Assembly (NCBI GenBank): GCA_035555575.1
Contig: DATMGL010000008.1
Location: forward strand, 78,292-142,291
Direction: 5' to 3'
DNA from: Sphingobium sp.
GTDB taxonomy: Bacteria > Pseudomonadota > Alphaproteobacteria > Sphingomonadales > Sphingomonadaceae
DNA: 64,000 nucleotides
Part shown: in pieces, positions 57,013-64,000 of the stretch
Layout of the letters: each line of letters starts with the position of its first letter
Numbering within the stretch: position 1 is the stretch's first letter
Made by a program: the position numbers and the translations under genes
Notes under the pieces: generated by a model
What the model saw: the letters and a program-made list of their open reading frames with translations, nothing else
Database searches by the model: none
Told to the model about the DNA's origin: nothing

Positions 57013-58580
57013 GCGCGCTCTCCCTTGCCAGCGTCCTTATAGGCGCGCGGCCAGATCCCGTTCTTGCCCGGCGCGATCACCCCATTGGGGTCCAGCGCAT
57101 TCTTCACCGTCTCATTGAGCCGGGCGAGCACACCGTCATTGAAATCGAAGCTGCTCGCGACCGGGTCCATGAAATCGAGGTGCGTGCGATACTCGCCATA
57201 GCCGGACGCCTTGGCGTCCGCGATGAGGGTCTTGAAGAGCTTGCGGGCCCGGCCCGTCATGTCCGTGTCGTCCCGATCATAGAGCAGCAGGTTCACATTG
57301 TTGATGTGTCGATGCCCCATGGTGAAGGATGTATAATAATCCAGCCCATGCTCCTCGAAACGTGCTTTCATCGCCCGGAACTGCTTGTGAGCCAGTTGCC
57401 CATCCGGTGGCATGACAGGCGAAAAGCCCATATGGCCGCCGCGGCCGCCGCGCCAGTTGACGATCTGGAGCGCCAGCGCGCTCGGCCGGCCGGCACTCGA
57501 ATTCTCGATGGGGTCGCCCCGCCGCCATTCGACGAACTCGATGGGCATGCCCAGATGCGGCTCCAGCGCGGCGCGGACGATCTTTTCCTTTGCCTTCACC
57601 ATGCCTTCATGGCCGAACAGGCTGAGCGTGAAGCGCCACCAGCCGATCCCGAAATGGTCCATCATCTTCCGGGCCACCTCGTCCGGCAGGGCGCCCTTGC
57701 CATCATACCATTCGCTGCGCTGGGAGACGACGGCGGCATCGTGCATGAAGTTACCGAACACGAAATTATGGTCGACCACATTGTTCAGCCGGAGCTGGTG
57801 CAGTTCATCGATCGCCCAGGCGATATCATCGGCCTCGGGCAGCTCGATCTTGGCACGCATCGTCATTTCCGGCTCGGGCATCAGCCAGAGCCCCATCTTG
57901 GTGACGACGCCGAAGTTCGACTGAACGAGAAACTGGTCCCAGGATGGCCCGAAGCCATGCTGATAGGCCTGCCACGACCGGCTGCCAGCCATCGCGCCCA
58001 TGCCCGTGCGGAACAGCTCACCAGTGGGTGAAACAACCTCCATGCCGCAAATCTTGGAGGCGTGATCGCCATAGGGTGTGTAGCCTAGGCCGCGCTCGAG
58101 CGCATTGCCCATCACACTGCCCCAGGCATTGCCCGGCACAGACATCCACAGTGGAATCTTGTTGTCCTGCAAATAGTTATACAGATCATAGAAGCCCACG
58201 CCGGGCTCAAGCAGGCAGTGGCCAAATTTGGGATCGACATCCAGGATGCGGTTCATGCGGCCCAGATCGAGGACGACCGTGCCCTGCATGGCCGGCGAGG
58301 CCCAGCCATAGCCGAGATTCTTGCCACGCGCGGTCGGCCACAACGGCACCCGATGCTCGTTGGCCAGCCGCACGACCGCCTGCACTTCCTCGACATTCGC
58401 CGGCGCCACGATCGCCGACGGGGCATGGCTTAATCCATCGCCCAGCGCATAAGGGTCAATATAGGTCGCGCGGTCTTCATCCGAAGACATCACCCATTTG
58501 ACGCCGACGACACCACCAAAAGCGCTCAACGCCTTGGAAAAAGCCGATGGCGTGAGATTCGATGGCAGGGGATCAGGCAT
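57009..58580 (-). CDS. VAO/PCMH-family flavoprotein (4-alkylphenol-oxidising)
   Basis: ARGKNLGYG, EPGV, GNALERG, QSNFGVVTK, GGHMGFSPV, YGEYRTH, DPNGVIAPGK. Confidence 0.92.
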   Translation of the reverse strand: MPDPLPSNLTPSAFSKALSAFGGVVGVKWVMSSDEDRATYIDPYALGDGLSHAPSAIVAPANVEEVQAVVRLANEHRVPLWPTARGKNLGYGWASPAMQGTVVLDLGRMNRILDVDPKFGHCLLEPGVGFYDLYNYLQDNKIPLWMSVPGNAWGSVMGNALERGLGYTPYGDHASKICGMEVVSPTGELFRTGMGAMAGSRSWQAYQHGFGPSWDQFLVQSNFGVVTKMGLWLMPEPEMTMRAKIELPEADDIAWAIDELHQLRLNNVVDHNFVFGNFMHDAAVVSQRSEWYDGKGALPDEVARKMMDHFGIGWWRFTLSLFGHEGMVKAKEKIVRAALEPHLGMPIEFVEWRRGDPIENSSAGRPSALALQIVNWRGGRGGHMGFSPVMPPDGQLAHKQFRAMKARFEEHGLDYYTSFTMGHRHINNVNLLLYDRDDTDMTGRARKLFKTLIADAKASGYGEYRTHLDFMDPVASSFDFNDGVLARLNETVKNALDPNGVIAPGKNGIWPRAYKDAGKGERA

Positions 58581-58764
58581 TACACTCTCCGCTTTCTTTC
58601 GACGCCCCTAACCCATCGCACGCCGCAATGCAAGATTTACATTTGAGGAAAATGCCGGAAATCCAAACCATACCACTGTTTAAAATGGGTTTTATTGAAT
58701 ATTCAGCACGGAAAACCACACAGAATAATGAAATATTTACAATATTGCCTTTCTGTCTCGTTCT

Positions 58765-59224
58765 CCCTTTGCCGGGAATGGCCATGGGGTTGGTATCCAG
58801 GCATGGCGTAATATGCCTGCTCGGCTCCGGCTGATGGGACGTTATCTAAGCCGGCGGTTGATAGCCCAACCCACTCATCATCGGACCGATGTTCGGCACT
58901 GATCATCGCTTGAACGGACGGCCAAGCTCCGCCTGGGCAGCATATGCAGACGCTTGACGCAGTTTCCCGTGGGCCGGCGCCACCCACGGTTCTCGTCCAG
59001 CGCCTTGAAATGATCTGGCCGCTCAGTGGCCATGCCCGTGCACTGATGACTGCTCACCTCAGGCTTGTTCACCCTCCAGCAGCCTGTGCACCAACAGTCG
59101 ATCCCCCAGCACCATGCGGACGGTCTGCTCCCATAACTCAGGGGAAAAACCAGTTCGGCGTCTTGTTAAATCGTCGTCCGTTCCGCTCAGTCGCCAGAAC
59201 CTTCGGCAACCCACGGGCGGTTCA
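58765..59224 (-). mobile_element. Internally deleted, degenerate IS3-family insertion sequence relic
   Basis: Left end TGAACCGCCC at 59224. orfA relics FSPELWEQTVRMVL and AQAELGRPFKR* with an ATGA overlap into orfB. orfB C-terminal relic EWV...NVPSAGAEQAYYAM. Partial right end CCCGGCAAAGGG. Confidence 0.7.
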
Positions 59225-62200
59225 CCTTGCCAGAGCCCCGGCGCGCCAGCGCCACCCCAGCAGCAGAAGCACGAACATAAGCGCGGGCCAGAGCGCATCC
59301 ATAAGCGAGAGGGCCGGCCGATCGGGGCGCTCGGGCAGAGCTGCTGTGGGCGAGCGATCCTCTTCGGTCATCACCCGCCCCCTCAGAGCCTCAGGCGCTT
59401 GCGTGGTGCTTTCGCTCGCCTCGCTCTTGGGTGCGGCCCCCGGCAACGCACGTGGAGCCGCCCGGTTGCTGGCCTGTCTCGCTGCAGGACCGCGCGGCGC
59501 GGTGGCTGGAGCCGCCGAGCGGGCGACGGCGCGTCGGGCTTCAGCTTGCTCGGCAATTTCGCGCTGATCATTGCGCCGGGCGAAATTTTCCAGTTCCGTC
59601 ACCGCGTTCTCGATCGTGCGGCCCATCGCCTTTTCGAGAGCGGCGCGAGCCTTGGCGAGCATGGGCGCGGGCACGCCGGATTTGGTCGCCTGCTCCATCA
59701 CATAGCGCAGCAGCCGGCCATTGCCGCACGAGACGTCCGTGCAATTGGCGCCATGCGTCGCGACGCTCTCGATATATTCGCTGACCAGCTTGTCGCGCGT
59801 CGCCTCGTCCGCCTGCCAATAGTCCTTGCGGATCGTCTCGATCATCCGCGCGGTGATGTCCTGATAGGCGAAGGGGGATTTCTCCTCGAAAAACTGCTTC
59901 ATGCCGAGCTTGTTCTTGTCCTCGACATAGGTGGCGAAGGTCTTCTGCCACATCGCGTCATCGACCACCTCCGGCGCGGTGGCGTCCCAGCCCCAGAGAT
60001 ATTCGACGAATTCGCGGATCGCCCCGGCGCCGGCATAGCCTTCCTTCTGCATGCCCTTGATCCAGGTCGGGTTGACGTAGCGCGAGCGGAATTCCCGCCC
60101 GACAAATTTGTCGAGGCTGGTCATGGCCGGCTTGCCGGGGTCGCGGCTGTCGGTGATGAGCAGTTCGGGTGTCTTGCCGTCCAGCCCGCGGATTGCGGCG
60201 GCAAGACCGCCCATATACATGAACATGTCGTCATTATCGAGCGTGCCATAGAGCGCGGTCGAGTTGGAATGGACCACCGTGTCGGTGCCCGAAAGCGCCA
60301 TGGCGAACACGTCCGGCATCGGCTCGCCCCAATAGCCATTGCCGTAGCCATGGCCCATCTTGCGGATATAGTCGTTGGCGAAGCCCGCCTCGTCATCCCA
60401 GGAGCCGCTCTTGGCGACGATGGCCGAGGTGTTGAGATTATAGATGCCCGGCGGCTCGTCGAAAATGCGCACGCCGGCCATCCTGTCGGCATCCTCGGCC
60501 GGCACGCCCTTGGCGATCAGCGCCGCCTTGGTCGCGAGATAATGCTGGCGCACCTGATTATCGGTCTCGTCCAGCGCCTTCACCTTCTGCACGGCGTCAT
60601 CCATCAGCCGCGTCAGATTGGCGAACAGTCCCTCGGCAGCCGAGGCAATGACGATATCGACGCGCGGCCGGCCCAGCTCGGACCGCGGCACGACATCGAC
60701 GCCGACCAGCTTGCCGCGCGCATCCCACACCGGCTTGGTGCCCAGCAGGTAGAAGATCTGCGATTCCAGCACGCCCTCATGGCGCATCGTCTCGTCGCCC
60801 CAGATGACGAATGAGACTTTGGCGGGATAGCGGCCATGTTTGCGCAGATGGTCCTGCAACATCTGCTCGGCCAGCTTCGCGCCCATTTCCCAGGCGGCCG
60901 GCTTGGGGATCTTGTCCGGGTCGAGGCCGTAGAAGTTGCTGCCGGTCGGATAGGCATCGGGATTGCGGATCGGCTCGCCGCCCGTCCCGGCCGGCACGAA
61001 GCGGCCGCCCAGCACCTTCATGAGCCCGTCCAGCTCGCGCGTGCCGCTGGTAGTGATGCGCTGCGTCATCTCGTCGGCCAGCACCACGCGCGCGTCCGGC
61101 AATTGCCCGCGATCGACGCTGACGATCGCTTTCACCGTGCTCGCGATCGCCTCGGGTGCGGGCGTGCGGCCAAAGGCATGCAGGCCATAAGGGATGGTCT
61201 GCTCCTTCAGCTCCAGCAGATAGCCTTCAATCTGGTGCAGTTCCTCATCGCTCCACTCCCGGTCCGGATCGAGGCCGACATCCTTGGCGACGCCCAGCTT
61301 CACCGCCGCATCGCGTGCCTGCGCGGCGTAGATTTTCGCCAGTTCCGGATTCTTGCTCTCATTCTGGATATGGTCGTTGAGCAATTCGCTCAGCTTGGCG
61401 AGGTCTTCGGTCAGCCCGCCCTTCACGAATGGCGGCACCATATGGTCGACCAGCGTCGCCATGCCGCGCCGCCGGGCGACGAGCCCCTCGCCGACCACAT
61501 CGACATTATAGATATAGGCATCCGGCAGGTCGGCGATCAGCGCGTCGGGCGCATCCTCCTCGCCCAGCCCGGCATCGCGCCCGTCCAGCCATTCGAGCGT
61601 GCCATGGGTGCCGATATGCACCACCGCATCGGCCTTGAAGCCATGGCGCAGCCAGGCATAGCCCGCGACATATTGATGGTGCGGCGCCAGATCCTTGGCG
61701 TGGTAGAGCTTCTCCAGATCCTCGCCCCACGCCCGCGCCGGCTGCGGCATAAGCAGGATATTGCCATATTGCACGCCGGGCAGGATCAGGTTGACCGCGC
61801 CATCCTTGCGCTCGGTCATCAACTCGCCATCTTCCGGTGCGCCCCAGTCCTTGAGTATCTTGTCGCGCAGGCTGGGCGCCAGATCATCGAGCCAGCGGCG
61901 ATAATCCGCCACCGGGATGCGGTGTGCGCCACCCTGTGCGATCAGTTCCGCCAGTTCGCCCGGCGCATCGCCGCTCACATTGCGCGCCTTGGTGGTGATG
62001 TCGGCCAGCACCTCGTCCGCGCTCGGTGGCTCGCGGCCGATATCATAGCCCTCTTCCTTCATCCGTTGCAGGATATTGGCGAGCGATTCGGCGACATTGA
62101 GGTAGCTGGCGGCAATGCCGGCCTTGCCGGGCGGATAGTTGTAATAGATCAGCGCGATTTTCTTGTCGGCATTGGCCTTGCGCCCCAGCGCGGCATAGCG

Positions 62201-63328
62201 CAGCGCCCGGCTCACCCCCATGGTGACGCGCGAGGCGATGGGGCTGGTGATAACCGAGGTGAGCCCGGTCGCCGGGTCGCGAATCTTCTCCTTCGTGCCC
62301 ACCACCGTCGGGGCCACGGTGCCGGCCAGCTCCGGCGCGGCGAGGTTGAACGTGCCCTCAAAGGCGGAGAGGCCGCTGGTCGAACTGCGCCACTCCTTCT
62401 CGCTGCGGCCATAAAGGCTGATGAGATTGATGACGGGGATGCCCACGCCCTCAAGGATCTTGGCGGACCCGGTATCGTTGAACTGGAAGAACAGCCCAAG
62501 GCCGGCATCGGCGCGCACTTGCGCGCCCTCGCCCAGCAGGCGCTGGAACGCGACCGCACCGGGATAGCCGAACACGGGCACGGCCTCGCCGCCCTGCCGC
62601 TCAACCTCGGCGATCAGGGCATCGAGCAGCCCGGTATCGCCGGTATAATAGGTCGCCTTGAAGAAGCCGATGGCGATACGCGGCGCACCGGGCCGCAGCT
62701 TGCCATGGGCGACCCGCCACGCCTGAAAGCTCTCCCAGTCGGCAAAAACGCGGCCACCCGCGCCATCGGGATAATAATAGCCATAATCGAGCGACAATTG
62801 CGGCTCGGGCAGATCGAAACCGGCAATGCCCGCGCGGGCGAGCGCCAGTTCCATCAGCGCCAGCTGGTTCTGCGGACCGCTATGCTCCCAATAGGCCCGC
62901 GCCCGCTTGTCCCACGTTACGCCGAGCTTCGTATAGGCCTCCTCGGCCTGCAGCCCCTGCCCGACACCCAGGACCGTGCCGCGCTGCCTGACCTGCCCGA
63001 GAAGATCGACCTTCTTCGCCGCCTCGAACCGGCTCAGCATCTGCTCGTTCATGACGTCGAACACCAGCACGTCGCTGGCCGCCAGCTTGTCGGCCGGCGT
63101 ATCGTCGAAGGTCGATTCCGCGAGCAGCTCCAGCTCCACCTTGCCGCGCAGGTCCGGCCGTTTGGCGAGCAACGCGTTGAATGCCGCCAGCGTGCCGGGG
63201 ATATTGCCGTCCGAAAACACATAGCCCAGCCGCACCGGCTTGTCCGCCGGCGCCTGGGCCCAGGCCGCCGCCGGCAGCAGCAGCGCGATCAGCAGCGCTT
63301 CAAGGAGTCGCAGCAGGCGCATCGTCAT
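59222..63328 (-). CDS. CobN/magnesium-chelatase-family protein with signal peptide and C-terminal membrane anchor (BtuS/HmuS-like)
   Basis: HIGTHGTLEWL, LPTG-like YPTGSNFYG, YVNPTWIKGM, EYLWGWDAT. N-terminal LLIALLLPAAAWA and C-terminal WPALMFVLLLLGWRWR. Confidence 0.9.
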   Translation of the reverse strand: MTMRLLRLLEALLIALLLPAAAWAQAPADKPVRLGYVFSDGNIPGTLAAFNALLAKRPDLRGKVELELLAESTFDDTPADKLAASDVLVFDVMNEQMLSRFEAAKKVDLLGQVRQRGTVLGVGQGLQAEEAYTKLGVTWDKRARAYWEHSGPQNQLALMELALARAGIAGFDLPEPQLSLDYGYYYPDGAGGRVFADWESFQAWRVAHGKLRPGAPRIAIGFFKATYYTGDTGLLDALIAEVERQGGEAVPVFGYPGAVAFQRLLGEGAQVRADAGLGLFFQFNDTGSAKILEGVGIPVINLISLYGRSEKEWRSSTSGLSAFEGTFNLAAPELAGTVAPTVVGTKEKIRDPATGLTSVITSPIASRVTMGVSRALRYAALGRKANADKKIALIYYNYPPGKAGIAASYLNVAESLANILQRMKEEGYDIGREPPSADEVLADITTKARNVSGDAPGELAELIAQGGAHRIPVADYRRWLDDLAPSLRDKILKDWGAPEDGELMTERKDGAVNLILPGVQYGNILLMPQPARAWGEDLEKLYHAKDLAPHHQYVAGYAWLRHGFKADAVVHIGTHGTLEWLDGRDAGLGEEDAPDALIADLPDAYIYNVDVVGEGLVARRRGMATLVDHMVPPFVKGGLTEDLAKLSELLNDHIQNESKNPELAKIYAAQARDAAVKLGVAKDVGLDPDREWSDEELHQIEGYLLELKEQTIPYGLHAFGRTPAPEAIASTVKAIVSVDRGQLPDARVVLADEMTQRITTSGTRELDGLMKVLGGRFVPAGTGGEPIRNPDAYPTGSNFYGLDPDKIPKPAAWEMGAKLAEQMLQDHLRKHGRYPAKVSFVIWGDETMRHEGVLESQIFYLLGTKPVWDARGKLVGVDVVPRSELGRPRVDIVIASAAEGLFANLTRLMDDAVQKVKALDETDNQVRQHYLATKAALIAKGVPAEDADRMAGVRIFDEPPGIYNLNTSAIVAKSGSWDDEAGFANDYIRKMGHGYGNGYWGEPMPDVFAMALSGTDTVVHSNSTALYGTLDNDDMFMYMGGLAAAIRGLDGKTPELLITDSRDPGKPAMTSLDKFVGREFRSRYVNPTWIKGMQKEGYAGAGAIREFVEYLWGWDATAPEVVDDAMWQKTFATYVEDKNKLGMKQFFEEKSPFAYQDITARMIETIRKDYWQADEATRDKLVSEYIESVATHGANCTDVSCGNGRLLRYVMEQATKSGVPAPMLAKARAALEKAMGRTIENAVTELENFARRNDQREIAEQAEARRAVARSAAPATAPRGPAARQASNRAAPRALPGAAPKSEASESTTQAPEALRGRVMTEEDRSPTAALPERPDRPALSLMDALWPALMFVLLLLGWRWRAGALAR

Positions 63329-63689
63329 TCGGCTTGGTCTCGCTGGCGGGTGTTTCGGTATCCGGCACATAGATGATCTGGCCGTTGGCGAGCCGATAGG
63401 CCGCGCCCAGCCGCTCGCCATTGCCCGTTCCGGTCGCGCCGGAGAGCTTGTAGGCCTTGATCGTCTGGCCTTTCTTGACGACGATCTCCTGCTGGCCGGA
63501 CGCATCGGTCTTGACCATCGTGACCTCGCTCTCGCCGCTCATCAGGTCGCCCATATTATAGACCGAGAATAGCGTGATCATCAGCCCGACGATGAAGACG
63601 ATGGAGACGTCGAACAGATTGGCGACGCCCGCCAGCGGGTCCTCCTCGGGCGGTTCCTCCGGTGAGGAGAGCTTGAGGAAACGGCCCAT
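63300..63689 (-). CDS. DUF2149-family membrane protein (HmuV-like)
   Basis: EEDPLAGVANLFDVSIVF, followed later by GERLGAAYRLANGQIIYVP. Confidence 0.85.
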   Translation of the reverse strand: MGRFLKLSSPEEPPEEDPLAGVANLFDVSIVFIVGLMITLFSVYNMGDLMSGESEVTMVKTDASGQQEIVVKKGQTIKAYKLSGATGTGNGERLGAAYRLANGQIIYVPDTETPASETKPNDDAPAATP

Positions 63690-64000
63690 CAGCGCCCCTC
63701 CAGTTCCGCCGCGACGACCTCGGCCAGATAGCGCTGCTCGCGGATCGAGGCGCTGACCCAGCCCTGCCGCAGCGCGACGAGGCCATAAGCCACCGTGCCG
63801 GTCGACAGGCCGATGATCGTGCTGGTGAAGGCCACCACCATCTGCCCGGCCATGGCGTTCAAATTGCCGCTCGCCATCGCGGCCAGCGAACTGCCCATCG
63901 GAATGAGCGTGCCGATCAGGCCGATGCTCGGCGCGATCTTGACCAGCGCGCGCGGGCCATCAAGCCCATGGCGCAGCGCCTCCTCCTGCTCGGCGACGAC
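63689..64000 (-). CDS. 3' part of a MotA/TolQ/ExbB proton-channel family protein (HmuU-like)
   Basis: The frame is open from the window edge: LVKIAPSIGLIGTLIPMG...VVAFTSTIIGL. TGATG overlap with the DUF2149 gene. Confidence 0.8.
   Translation of the reverse strand, partial: VVAEQEEALRHGLDGPRALVKIAPSIGLIGTLIPMGSSLAAMASGNLNAMAGQMVVAFTSTIIGLSTGTVAYGLVALRQGWVSASIREQRYLAEVVAAELEGR

Noticed and set aside
58800-59260. Possible cobalamin riboswitch near cobN
   Set aside because: The region is downstream of cobN, lacks a convincing B12 box, and is better explained as an IS3 relic.
59222-63505. Gene symbol cobN and start at 63505
   Set aside because: The signal peptide begins at ATG 63328/63322, and the context indicates a BtuS/HmuS-like role rather than biosynthetic CobN.
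1-64000. CRISPR arrays, rRNA and tRNA genes
   Set aside because: No regularly spaced repeats or RNA gene signatures were seen.

Overview
This is high-GC alphaproteobacterial DNA with sphingomonad-like gene content (an inference). It has four blocks. (1) 1-8 kb is a decaying defence/mobile island: two divergent BglII/BstYI-like nucleases, a C5 methyltransferase, a Cre-like tyrosine recombinase, a nonsense-inactivated DUF488, a PD-(D/E)XK nuclease pair and a frameshifted HNH gene. (2) 8.4-43.7 kb is a cell-surface island: a ~3260 aa T1SS substrate with its TolC/ABC/HlyD exporter, a cyanophycin-synthetase-like ATP-grasp/GT2/TPR fusion, a crescentin-like coiled-coil protein, and an EAL-TpsB-TpsA adhesin operon preceded by two FimB/FimE-like recombinases. 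(3) 44-58.6 kb is an aromatic/lignin-type catabolic cluster: FAD oxidoreductases, amidase, SDR, two NTF2-like lyases, TonB receptor, MFS, ALDH, LacI regulator and a VAO-family flavocytochrome. (4) 58.8-64 kb holds a degenerate IS3 relic and an exported CobN-like/DUF2149/MotA-like module. The top finding is an 896-bp segment (41512-42407) bounded by perfect 17-bp inverted repeats with tyrosine-recombinase core-site structure. It lies directly upstream of the EAL-TPS adhesin operon and contains the body, but not the start codon, of one recombinase. It is a candidate self-silencing phase-variation switch. All family assignments come from motif recognition by eye; no database searches were run.
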